Of a stretch of 64,000 nt of DNA, positions 13,756 through 25,340 are shown in pieces. The translations under genes and the position numbers were made by a program. Source of the DNA: Nymphaea colorata (taxonomy: Eukaryota); contig NC_045138.2 of assembly GCF_008831285.2 (NCBI RefSeq), positions 16,120,001-16,184,000 of the forward strand, written 5' to 3'. The notes beneath the pieces were generated by a model that saw only the letters and a list, made by a program, of their open reading frames with translations, searched no databases and had not been told where the DNA came from. How positions within the stretch are numbered: position 1 is the stretch's first letter; every line of letters starts with the position of its first letter.

Positions 13756-14269
13756 TTCTGGTAAGTGGCAACTTGAAAGATGACAAAGTTCGTGCACGAT
13801 CATTTTGAATCAAAAGAAAGACGCTAAATGAGATGAATAAGATCAAATGGACAACATATAACAAGCATGTCTATCACAAGCTAAATATGACTCAGAGAGT
13901 GCACGGCTCAAAGGTCCTGCTTCAAAGCTAATTGAACCACCAAAATCATCGTTTCATTGAACACTAAAAAGTACAGCCTTATTTATGAAGTGCTTAAAGG
14001 CCCTGCTTCGTAGATAGTGAGCCTTGTTTATGAAGTGCCTTCATTTTTATTTTAAGTCTAATTTTCTTTTTGAAACCGAAACATTATCAAAAACCGATTT
14101 TCTCACATATAGCACATCTCCATTAATGATTGTGTTTAAGATGAGCGACAACATAATATTAACTGAACCTATCTTCATTAACGAATGTGTTGTTGACATC
14201 AAAGTAACATGTATGTAAACAAACTCAAGTTACATATTCATAATCAAATCAATTACATCAATCTTCATT

Positions 14270-15743
14270 AACAATCCATGGCATCTTGCCATTCCTTATA
14301 CTGGGTAGCTTTTTCATAATTTTGAGGCTCAGATTTAGACATAAGAAAGATGAGACACAAAATGTTTGTTTAAAAAATGTTGAAATGAGATAAACTTGTT
14401 CAAATTATACATTGTTCCGTATTTGTGATTTGACATGAGAAGACTATTGGTTGAAGGTGAGGCGATGAGAATACAAAAGTAGTCTTTAAACCAAATTGTG
14501 GCCTTTCTGACCCGAGCGGATCTCCTAATAGGTCTCGAAGTCTGATTTGGATCAAGGTTAGAGTTTGGCTCGTTGGAATACAGTGATACAATGGAGTCTT
14601 CTTGTTTTCTATTGGATCTGGGAGTCGGATTTGGGTCTAGATAAAAAGACTGGTTGGAATTGATGGGTACAATAGATTCTTCTAGATGTTCAAGATTCAA
14701 AGGGTTTACAATCTCTAAGTGGGTTGTGTCTAAGTCTAGTAGGGTACTAGGGAATATTCTATCGGTTTCTTCTTGGTTGTAAGGTATGGGTAAAATAACA
14801 TTATTTTTATCATTCTTTTTGTTTTGAAAAGAGAAAATATGTTCATAAAATATAACGTCTCGACTAAAAAATATCTTGTGAGTTTCTATGTCAGACAACT
14901 TGTATGCCTTTTACCCATCTAGATATCCAATAAATATGCATTTGAAAGCTCGAGGCTCAAATTTATCGTTTTTGTGACTAGTGTTAGTGGCATAGCATAG
15001 TGACCCAAAAATTTTCAAGTGTTTAATAATGATCTTTTTCTTGAATGATCTTCCAAAATGGGTTTTTCGTCAAGTTTTGAAGAGGGAATACAATTTACCA
15101 AATAGGCAGCCGTTAAGATGCATTCCCTCCAAAATTGTACAAAAATGTTTGATTCAAATCGAAGAGCCCTAGCAACTTCTAGGAGGTGTCTATGTTTATG
15201 TTCTATTGTACTGTTTTGTTGTGGTGTAGCAACGCAACTGTGTTGATGGGTAGTCCCTTGATTTTGTAAAAGTTCGTTCATTTCGAGTGAGAAAAACTCA
15301 GCCCTATTATCGGATCGTAAAGATTTAATTTGGAAATTAAATTGGGTTTTGATTAACGCAAAAAAATTTTTGATAATGTGGAGCACTTCAAACTTATGCC
15401 TCATTAAGAAAATCCATGTGGCACATGAAAAGTCATCTATAATACCAAGAAAATAGTAGGCACCAGAAATAGTGGATTGGGTGTAAGGGCTCCAAATATC
15501 ACAATGGGTCAAATCCAAAGGATGTGTTGTAGAAATATCACTCAAATCAAACTTAAGTCGTGTCTGTTTTGCACGATGGCACACATCACACATGTGATCA
15601 TTATTCAAAACAAGACTTAGATCTAAATTTCTGTTCCCTAATTTCAATCGAGAAGATGAAATATGACATAATCTCTTATGCCAAAGTTCATGCGATGAAA
15701 AAGAAAAATAAGTGTGAACATACTTTTGTCCTTGTTGAAACAC
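14270..15743 (-). mobile_element. Ty1/Copia retrotransposon remnant (GAG-pre-integrase, integrase, start of RT)
   Basis: LWHKRLCH..CDVCHRAKQTR zinc finger; HCDIWSP, IIDDFS, LRSDNRAEF, TPQQNS..EHKHRHLLEVARAL integrase core; FSRDVIFYE; EPQNYEKA..EWQDAM near 14275-14330. Stops/frameshifts present; no LTRs recognised. Confidence 0.92.
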
Positions 15744-16614
15744 TGTGTGTATTATTAATTAATCTGTTAGCAAAGTCCCCAAGAAGCCCAGGACCTTGGG
15801 GATGCGGGAAGGAGGGATGACTTAGCCTCTTGGGAACCGCCAGAAAGCAAACTGTCTATGAGGAAGAAAAATGAGACTTTTTGTTTAAAAATGTCTTTGT
15901 GATTATAGGTAGCATAACTAGTTAGATAGGTGAAGCAAACACATTGTTAGTTTGATTTTTGTGGATGTTACTCTCCCAAGACTGTAAATAATGGGATCGT
16001 GACTTCTTTTAAAGGATGAAAAGTACCCCACCCAAATCCCCGAAGCAACCCAGAACTTTAGAAGTTGGGAAAGGGGGTCATTGAGCTTGCTATTCACTGG
16101 AGATGATATGTCACCTTTGTAGCACGTACTTAGCAAGGCATTTGGTGGCTCATGTCTCCATCATTATCTCTTGCTATTCTGGTCGTTGTTAATGTGAATC
16201 AGCCACACAATGATGGATAGGCTCTTATCTGGCCAGGCCAGGCCAGCTTGATGAATGTGTGGAAACAGGCTTAGAATGGTGTGTTTGCATTAGAGAAGGT
16301 CATGTCTAATGTAATCGCCACATCATAATTTGCGATAACTTCTTCTGGTGGATAAATTAATGTCTCATTAACATATAAGTGGAGAAAAATATTTTCAATT
16401 AATTAGTTATATATTTGTGTGTGTGTGTGTAATTAAACTTTAATGAGATTCACTTTAGGCCGTCCAACTCCCAAGCATAGCTTGTGCTGCTATTCACAAA
16501 TCTAATTGCATGAGAACTAAAAACCCCATCTTTTCCCTCGCCAATAAGGCACAGAGTGCATCCATGTTTGAGGTAGCGACAACACTCAATTACGTACCTC
16601 GTATACCATATATG

Positions 16615-17048
16615 TAGGGATGTCAATGTATTTGATTTGGATCAGATGAGCAATAGAACCATTCCGAAAAAATTGGATATGAAGGAAAATTTAATATTTG
16701 ATTAAGAAAACAAATCATATTTGGATTTAAGAAATGACATCTGATTGGGTTCAAATACAGATTTAGATATAAATGAATATCCTATTAGATACAAATTTGG
16801 ATCAAATTATTTATTTTTAAACATACATCCCATATCCGATACTCTTACATTTTTAAAGTTGGTCAAATTCGATTTTCCGATTTGGTTATAAATGCAGAAT
16901 TCATATTCAGATTATGAAATTGGGTTTTGGTCTCGAATTCAGATGTGGCTTTTTTTAGTTCTTATTAGAATGCAAGTTTATGAATATCTGCAAAAGCAGA
17001 TACGGTTAAGGGTATATTTGAGTTGAATCTGATCAGTTGACATCCCTA
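16615..17048. mobile_element. hAT-like MITE inside the left arm
   Basis: Terminal inverted repeats TAGGGATGTCAA...TTGACATCCCTA; internal degenerate ATCCGA/TCGGAT motifs. Confidence 0.75.
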
Positions 17049-17160
17049 CTCATACACCACATAGATATAATGCTGGCTAATAATGAAAGATCTCATTCAC
17101 CAAAAGCTTAAACAACCATGTTAAGCCCTTTAGAAAAATAAATAAATGTAAAAATAAAAG

Positions 17161-17352
17161 ATAATTTATGAATATTTTCATTTAGGAATGAAATATTATT
17201 AAAATTGGAAATGAAAATGTAAGAATAGAACATAATTTATGAATATGTTCATTTAGGAAAGAAATCTTATTAAAACTTGGAAATAAAAAATATAGGATTG
17301 AAAATAATTTATTAGTCTTTCATTTAAAAAAAAAATCTTATTGACAATTGGA
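17161..17352. repeat. ~71-bp tandem repeat (~2.7 units), mirrored at ~19915-20103
   Basis: Repeated ataatttat.aata..ttcattta..a..gaaat.ttatt. Confidence 0.7.
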
Positions 17353-17929
17353 ATTCAACAAGCTGGTGATACGTATATAAAATGGAAAATCCACCCCACG
17401 CACCACCACTATTGAGGGGGATGATAAAGAATCCCAAGCATCTTTGGGCATTCATCCATAGATCTACTTCATTCTCCCTTTAACTATTATATTTAAATTC
17501 TTTTTTGTAAATCTAACCTTAATGTGATCTTATGTTGATGAACAATATAATCTATGTTGATTTTTTTTTTGTAATAGTGTTTTATAATAAGCAAAAATGA
17601 ATTGCTCTCAAAGCATCAACATTTTGGTAAAAGAAACATTGGTAGGTTTTGAACTGTAATCTAAACAAACATTGAATCTTAATCTACCACTTCCAACTAA
17701 ATAACCTTTACAACCCTCTTTATATTATACTATTGCATTATTTTTACGTGGAAACCGCATGTTATTGCATTACGTTTCGTAGCTTGGGATTTCATATCAA
17801 AGTTTACCACAGATCTACAAGGATCTTAAAACTGCATATGGAAAATGGGTCATGATCCAGGGCAGAGTACTGAGACCTGTTGGGTGCGCCAATCTCCTTT
17901 TCCATTTGAACTGGATCTAAACTCTCAAG

Positions 17930-18137
17930 TGAATGCGGAGGCATGTTACCGTACTGAGACTCTGCATCAAGAAATGTCAAAACGCAAAAAGGACAGAAGA
18001 GAGAGTCAGCTTCTTCCAAGGAAAACGACGAAAGAAGACTACAACAACAGATGACAAAGAAGAAGGAAACAGAATCAGAATTAGATCTTAGAGTTCGACT
18101 GGTGGCAGAGAACCTTGCGAGAGGTAGAGCAACTCAT
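17930..18137 (-). pseudogene. UBC15/16/17/18-type E2 enzyme 5' fragment, left copy (exon 1, intron 1, start of exon 2)
   Basis: ATG at 18137: MSCSTSRK, GT...AG intron (18113-17962), then SLSTVTCLRI; compare plant UBC15-18 N-terminus ..SRK/ALSKIACNRLQ. Confidence 0.75.
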
Positions 18138-18472
18138 GGCCTCTGCTCAGAGAAAGAGAGAGAGAGAGAGAGAAGGAGGGCGGGAGACAATGATGTGAAA
18201 ACGAAGGTAGCTTAGCAATTTTTAAAGAGCAGTTGAAGGTTGTCTGATTGTGTGGACTCAGTAATTTATAGATTTAGCCCTTGGCGTGAGCGGGACGTAA
18301 CTCTTTTATATTTATTATTACATATCGTCGTCAATAGTGTTAGAATTAATGAGTCCACACAATCAGACAACCTCCAACTGCTCTTTAAAAATTGCTAAGC
18401 TACCTTCGTTTTCACATCATTGTCTCCCGCCCTCCTTCTCTCTCTCTCTCTCTCTTTCTCTGAGCAGAGGCC

Positions 18473-18749
18473 ATGAGTTGGTCTACCTCTCGCAAGGTTC
18501 TCTGCCACCAGTCGAACTCTAAGATCTAATTCTGATTCTGTTTCCTTCTTCTTTGTCATCTGTTGTTGTAGTCTTCTTTCGTCGTTTTCCTTGGAAGAAG
18601 CTGACTCTCTCTTCTGTCCTTTTTGCGTTTGACATTTCTTGGTGCAGAGTCTCAGTAGCGTGCCTCCGCATCCAGAAGGAGCTAATGGAATGCGAGGCAT
18701 AAGGTCCTCCTCCCGGCTTTAAGCGTAAGGTCTCCGATGATCTTCAGAG
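18473..18749 (+). pseudogene. UBC15/16/17/18-type E2 enzyme 5' fragment, right copy (exons 1-2)
   Basis: MSWSTSRK (18473-18496), intron 18497-18647, SLS, ~5-nt deletion, then CLRIQKELMECEA*GPPPGFKRKVSDDLQR|gtatgt, matching RLQKELxEWQxNPPxGFKHKVTDNLQR. Confidence 0.85.
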
Positions 18750-18752
18750 GTA

Positions 18753-19258
18753 TGTCTACATGTTATAAAAGAAGAGGAAAATTCTGCTGAAGAACAGAGT
18801 TTCTATATCTAGGCCATGACGTGATTCAATTATTCATCGGCCCTTCAATGATTAACGCTAAGGTTTTTAGACTTGCAGAGCATCTTTGGCCTGTGATGCA
18901 CTTGACAAGTAGAATCCTCACCAAGTTATTAACCAAATCAAATAACTACAGTTCCCAAAACGAAACCAACAAAAACAAATGAATGCATAACCCAGGCGTC
19001 TTCCTGTATAAAACACACAATCAACAATGAAAACTCCATACAATATTGTGGCATACGAATCTAAAAAGCACAACATGGTACCATAAATTTAATACCTAAA
19101 TCCCTTACATGTTATTATCCAAATCCAACAACCTAAAACCCCAACATTGACATAAATCATATTCAATAATTAGAAACACCCAACTTGACACTAAAAAATT
19201 CCGACGGTGAAACCAATACCACAAACTTTGTTGGTAAGACTTGGCAGTCCAACAACCA
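18753..19258 (+). repeat. Direct repeat with 21813-22217 (antisense NAL1-like intron and exon end)
   Basis: Shared tgtctacatgttata..., ctgctgaagaacagagtttctatatc, gtgattcaattattcatcggcccttcaatgattaacgctaag. Confidence 0.9.
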
Positions 19259-19387
19259 TCGCCTGTTACCCCTTACAAAAGACGAAAACCAATATGGCAG
19301 GTACATCACTGAGAGCACCCTTTCCTCATCCGAAACCCGATAGCGGTGTCAAGGCTGTAACGCCTCAATATATTGTTGTGAGACCCC
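19220..19387 (-). pseudogene. Frameshifted exon of a NARROW LEAF1 (NAL1)-like trypsin-like serine protease
   Basis: cag|..HNNILRRYSLDTAIGFRMRK/GALSDVPAILVFVFCK/VNRRWLLDCQVLP..|gtattg vs family motif HSKILRRxSLGTAIGFRIRRGxLTDIPAILVFVARKVHxxWL. Confidence 0.82.
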
Positions 19388-19606
19388 CTGAAGGAGGGTG
19401 GAACAAGATAGAAGGACGCATAAGAAAGTGCACTAAACTAAAAGAAACCAGGCTCGATTAAACTGGACAACCGCTTCAGCATGGATAGGAGTATTGTTTT
19501 GCTAAAAAGTTATCTTAAATAAAAGATAAACTTCCTAATATATTTATGAAAATTATTTTGATATAAAACATGTTTTGAATTTAGTTGTTTTTATGAAAAA
19601 TGTCGA

Positions 19607-21019
19607 TTTCTTTTACCAAAATGTTGATGCTTTGAGAATTGAGAGCAATTCATTTTTGCTTATTATAAAACACTATTAAAACAGAAAAAAAATCTCAACT
19701 TGCTATATGTTGTGCATCAACCTATCTTTAAGATCACATTGGTAAGGTTATATTTCAAAAAAAAAACTTTAAATATAATATTTAAAACGAGAATGGAGTA
19801 AATCTATGGATGAATGCCCAAAGAAGATTGAGATCCTCTATCATCCCGGTGAATAGTGGTGGTGCCTTGGGTGGATTTTTCATTTTATATACGTATCACC
19901 AGCTTGTTGAATTCCAATTGTCAGTAAGATTTCTTTCTTAAATGAAAGACTAATAAATTATTTTTAATCATATATTTTTTATTTCCAAGTTCTAATAAGA
20001 TTTCTTTCTTAAATGAACTTATTCATAAATTATGTTCTATTCTTACATTTTCATTTCTAATTTTAATGAGATTTTATTCCTAAATGAAAATATTCATAAA
20101 TTATCTTTTAGTTTTACCTTTATTTATTGTTCTAAAGGGCTTAAAATTGTTGTTTAAATTTAGGTCTTCCATTATTGGTCAGCATTATATCTATGTGGTG
20201 TATGAGTAGGGATGTCAACAACTGATCACATTCAACTCAAATATACTCTTAACTATATCTTCTTTTGCAGATATTCACAAACTATCATTCTAATAGGAAC
20301 TAAGAAAAGTCACATGTGAATTCGAACCCAAAACCCAAATTTGTAATCTGAATTTGAATTTTACATTTATAACCAAATCGGAAAACCGGATTTGACCAAC
20401 TTTAAAAATGTAAGGGTATTGGATATGGGATGTATGTTCAAAAATAAATAATTCGATACGAATCTGTATCTAATAGGATATTCATTTATATCTGAATATG
20501 TATTTGAATACAATTAGATGTCATTTCTTAAATCCAAATATGATCTGTTTTTTTAATCATATATTAAATTTTCCATCATATCCAATTTTTTCGGAATGGT
20601 TCTATTGCACATCTGATCCAAATCAAATACATTGACATCCCTACAAATGAGGTGACACGAGGTACCTAATTGACAGTGTTGTCGCTATGTCAAACACGGA
20701 CGCAACTCTGTGCGTTATTGGCGAGGGAAATGAGGGAGTTTTTAGGTCTCATGCAATTAGATTTGTGAATAGTAGCACTTGAGAGTTGGACGGCCTAGTT
20801 AGGTCAAATAAAAGTGAATCTCATTAAAGTTTAATTACACACACACACAAATATATAACTAATTAATTGAAAATGTTTTTCTCCCCTTATATGTTGATGA
20901 AACTTTAATTTATCTACCAGAAGAAATTATCACAAATTTTGATGCGGCGATTGCATTAGACATTACCTTCTCTAACACAAACACACCATTCTAAACCTGT
21001 TATTATACATATATCAAGC
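19607..21019 (-). repeat. Right outer arm of the ~1.4 kb inverted repeat
   Basis: Reverse complement of 16246-17636, with scattered substitutions and indels. Confidence 0.93.
20207..20643. mobile_element. hAT-like MITE (inverted copy of 16615-17048)
   Basis: TAGGGATGTCAA...TTGACATCCCTA termini. Confidence 0.75.
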
Positions 21020-21059
21020 GGAGAGGCCCGTTCATATGATCATAAAACAAACTTAATAC

Positions 21060-21700
21060 ATAAAACCACGTTCAACTTTGCTTTTGCTAAAAACGTACTT
21101 AAAATCTAAATGTTTAAGTTCATTATAAAACTATAATATATGTATACATATATTATAGTTTTAGAATGAAATGCGCCCATATTTTTGCGCACACAGATTA
21201 TAGCTTCTATATACAAATTAGATTTGAATTTTGAGGTGATCTTATTCTTTGGGTAATATCTTGCCACGATGCCTACAAGGGCTCGTCCACCAGCTCTGTT
21301 TGTGATATAAATGTTGAAGTTGATGACGAATTTGAAATCGAGGTCTAGGGTGTTGGAAAGGAAGACAGCTAACTTTTGCTTACTATGTTAATAAAAAATT
21401 ATCTTTAAGTTCTTATCTGACGACTTTGAGGAAAAATTATAGTTTCCATTAAGAAATTTATAAAATAAATTCCCTTTTTAGAAATAAATAAAAAACGAAA
21501 TATTTTGCTTTCCAGCGTGTAAGTTTTGGCTTTTTCATACAAAAAAACTATTGAGATTTTATTTAAACATCAGGCTTTTCATGGAAACTGCCAGCTAAAG
21601 GCTTGATATGCGTGTTTGATTCTAAAAATAAATTATGTTCAATCCTCTGATTTGTATTAAACATGAAACAATATATCTTCGACATGTGTTTCTAATTCCA
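21060..21700 (+). repeat. Truncated copy of the tRNA-Asp upstream block (no tRNA)
   Basis: Colinear with ~5675-6285; stops at gtttctaattcca. Confidence 0.88.
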
Positions 21701-21812
21701 AGACCCTAGACAAGAAAACTGGGAAAGAATCACTCTCAGGGGAAAAACTAAAGACACACTAATCATCATATAAGAAGACAGATACAAAAAGCGAAAAAGA
21801 AAGCCATTACAT

Positions 21813-22217
21813 TGTCTACATGTTATAGAGCAAGAGGAAAAATCTGCTGAAGAACAGAGTTTCTATATCATGTAGGCCATGATGTGATTCAATTATTCAT
21901 CGGCCCTTCAATGATTAACGCTAAGTTTTTTAGACTTTCATAGCATCTTTAGCCAGTGATGCACTTGAGAAGTAGAATCCCATGAGGGCAATAACCAAAT
22001 CAAATAACTACAGCTCCCAAAACAAAACCAACAAAAGCAAATGAATGCATAACCCAGGCGTCTTCCTGTGTAAAACGCACAATCAACAATGAGAACTCCA
22101 TACGATATTATGGCATACTAATCTAAAAAGCACAAAATGTATTCAATAATCAGAAACACTTAATTTGGCATTAAAAAATTTTGTAGCTTTGTTGCCAAGA
22201 CTTGGCAATCCAACCAT
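21813..22217 (+). repeat. Second copy of the NAL1-like intron/exon-end fragment
   Basis: Colinear with 18753-19258, with internal deletions. Confidence 0.88.
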
Positions 22218-23275
22218 GAAAAAATAAAATTTTAATGCAATATTAATGAAATGCATTATGCCTAAAAAGGCTTCAATTTTTATAGTTCGTGATTTAGAAC
22301 ATGCTACTATATGAATCTTAAACCCGCGTCTTTGGACAACTGTAGTAAGTTGGTTAATCTGAAAAAGTTTTTTACTATATGAATTACAACCAAAATGTTG
22401 TGAGTCTGCACATGGTGCTTGAAGTTTGGACTTGCTAGGCAAAGGAAAGAAAAAGAAAAAAAAAGGAGAAAATCATGATGGCCAGTCTCCCTTCATATAA
22501 TAAAATGGTTTCCTTATCGGTTCTCAAACTTAATGTCTTCACAAAACCTGAATAATGGATGGTAGATGCAACATTCTCTTGCTAAGAAAAGATGAGGCAT
22601 TTAATGAAGGTGGTGTTTGATTGCTTTTACAACATTCTCTTAGAAAAATTATTTCATTTTCAATTGAAAACCCCTGAATTTTGACATAAAACTCGCAAAA
22701 TACTGTACGTTGGTAATGTTAAACACGAAGGGGACATTAGAACCATGATCATCGAATGGGCATGGTAGGGTCCAAAACCGGGATTTGGTAACAGGAATAC
22801 TATGTTCATTGGAACCCAGTGTTTTATGAATTTGTGGAAGTTTTCAAGAAATTCAACACTACTCATTGGGTAATTAAAGGTTGTTTAGCATTAGAAACAA
22901 TATATACTTGTTCCATGAATTTACCACAAAATTTAGAGAAATTAATATCTTGTTCCTAATGTAATGACATCTTGAACATGTGTTCTTGTAGGAACATTTA
23001 TTTTGATGTCGTTGAGAGACCTCACAACTGCCCATTACAAGAAGTACAAGACTACAAGGGAGAAAAATTCTATTTTACGGTTAAACTGATATAGTAGGTT
23101 TCCATGCACATCTGATAGTCTCGGTTTTCTGTATCGGTTAATCTGGAGTGGCCGATACGTATGTCCGGGGACCCGAGAACGAATTGAGAAAAGTGGCACC
23201 AACAGTGTAACGCTGAACAGTGGAGAAATAAACAGACGACGAAACAATGGAACATGTTTCCCCATGTCCCCCAAA

Positions 23276-23714
23276 TGTATGTCAACGACTCGGATTCGGA
23301 TTCGGATCGGATACAATTTCAATCATATCCGTTTTTTCAGATATTCATATATTCGGATTCAGATTCGAATTCGAATTCGGACAAAGCAAAGTCATATCCG
23401 AATCCGAAATCTGATTTCACAATCGAAATCCGATCCGAATCCAATTTTTATATTTATATCCGAATCCAAATTTTGAACCGAATTTTACCGTTTTTCAAGT
23501 ATTAGATAGAGGATATTTGTCTAAAACTGAATCTGATCCAAATCCGTATTCGTATCCGATCCGATATTCATGTATATCTGAATCCGAATCCGAATCCGAT
23601 CTGATGTCATGTATTAAATCCGAATCTGATCCGATTTCTTAATTGAATATTAAATTTTTATTCATATCCGTTTTTTCGGATCGAATCGGTCGGATCGGAT
23701 ATATTGACATCCTA
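23276..23714. mobile_element. hAT-like MITE rich in TCGGAT/ATCCGA motifs
   Basis: Many tcggat/atccga hexamers; ends ttgacatccta, left end atgtcaa degenerate; same terminal type as 16615-17048. Confidence 0.7.
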
Positions 23715-24118
23715 CGGAAATTCAAGATCCTAAAACTGATAGCCACGTAGAGATCAAGCCGGAATTATCATACTGCCATGTGGCAGCAGCCCGCAGTACT
23801 TGATTTCCAAGTGAACGCCTGAATATATTTCTCATTTCATTAGCACCATTATCGCGGATGAAGTTAAAAGCATGGGAGGACAGAAAGAACAGACGGGGGA
23901 AGAGGGAAGGAAAAGTTGAAAAGTGAGAGCGATAAAAAAGAAAGCGAAGGGAGACGACAGTTTGAAGTTTGAACGCTCGCTTTGCCGCTCCTTTCTCCCG
24001 GGAAGAATGGAAGAAGACGAGCGGGAGAAGATCGGCCTTCTTCTATCTGCATTTCGTTCTGCGCAAGTGGAGGATGTGTAAATTTTCGTGGCCGAACGGA
24101 GACATTCCTGGTTCCATC

Positions 24119-25340
24119 GGATCCGTGGGCGCAGGTACGTCCTATCCTGGTCACCGTTTGGATGTTTGCGGCGAGATCACGATCTCGTGATCCTTTCGTT
24201 TCTTTTTCTCGTCGTGTTTTTTGCACCGTTCCGTGATCTACGTGCGTTTTTTTTTTCCTCTCGGTTGCTTCTTCGCGTACTCTTGATCTCTTTCTGAGTC
24301 GCCCTCGCGTTTCGGGGTAAGAGGCGGAGTCTTGCTTGTGTTGTTGCTTTCTTCCGCATCTTCTTGGGATTGTGTTGTGATTTTTTTTTTCTTCTACTTT
24401 CCTGTTTTTGATCGAACGACGGATTTATCTCGTTCTTCTTGATTTATTGCTCCTTTAATTTGTCTTTTGCTACAATAAGGAAAATCTTATTCTTGATTAA
24501 CTCTCTCTCTCTCTTCATTTCAGCAATGCGACGATCCTTTTTCTTTTTATTTCGATTTTAAAAGCAGTTCATCTCTCTTGGATTTCTTGAAAGGAGGAGA
24601 AATCTCGTCGTAAATTTTCTTCTTCCTTCTTCGTTACTTTGTTCCGCTGGTTGCTCGAACAACGGCGCACCATCGTTTTTCTTGCATTTATTTCCCTTGT
24701 TTTTGCATTTCTTTCGGATCCGAGGGCGCAGGTACGGCCTATCCTGGTCACCGTTTGGATGTTTGCGGCGAGATCGCGATCTCGTGATCCTTTCGTTTCT
24801 TTTTCTCGTCGTTTTTTTTGCACCGTTCCGTGATCTACGTGCGTTTTTTTTTCCCTCTCGGTTGCTTCTTCGCGTACTCTTGATCTCTTTCTGAGTCGCC
24901 CTCGCGTTTCGGGGTAAGAGGCGGCGGAGTCTTGCTTGTGTTGTTGCTTCTTCTTGCTTCTTGCTTGAATTCTTCCGCATCTTCTTGGGATTGTGTTGTG
25001 ATTTTTTTTTTCTTCTTCTTTCCTGTTTTTGATCGAACGACGGATTTATCTCGTTCTTCTTGATTTATTGCTCCTTTAATTTGTCTTTTGCTACGATAAG
25101 GAAAATCTTATTCTTGATTAACTCTCTCTCTCTCTCTCTTCATTTCAGCAATGCGACGATCCTTTTTCTTTTTATTTCGATTTTAAAAGCAGTTCATCTC
25201 TCTTGGATTTCTTGAAAGGAGGAGAAATCTCGTCGTAAATTTTCTTCTTCCTTCTTCGTTACTTTGTTCCGCTGGTTGCTCGAACAACGGCGCACCATCG
25301 TTTTTCTTGCATTTATTTCCCTTGTTTTTGCATTTCTTTC
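24119..25340 (+). repeat. ~600-bp tandem duplication in the probable NEK 5'-UTR/first intron
   Basis: 24119-24716 and 24717-25340 are nearly identical; each begins ggatccg.gggcgcag|gtacg. Confidence 0.93.

Larger units (their letters stand above)
16246..17636 (+). repeat. Left outer arm of a ~1.4 kb inverted repeat
   Basis: Reverse complement of 19607-21019 along its length, e.g. ttagaatggtgtgtttg vs caaacacaccattctaa and gctggtgatacgtatataaaat vs attttatatacgtatcaccagc. Confidence 0.93.

Noticed and set aside
15760..16136. Possible LINE fragment (KFW..W motif) next to the Copia remnant
   Set aside because: Too degenerate to support without a search.
17875..17925. Minus-strand GDWRTQQ resembling a MED15 KIX-domain start
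   Set aside because: Match too short and does not continue.
17991..18011. miR156-like GACAGAAGAGAGAG within the hairpin arm
   Set aside because: Only a purine-rich 14-mer matches, the 3' end differs, and it is simply the antisense of the UBC intron's pyrimidine tract.
23254..23505. ORFs with SDSDSD/RIRIRI repeats
   Set aside because: Arise from TCGGAT hexamers of a MITE.
23864..24980. Cluster of Arg/Lys-rich ORFs
   Set aside because: By-products of pyrimidine-rich duplicated UTR/intron sequence; no domain recognised.
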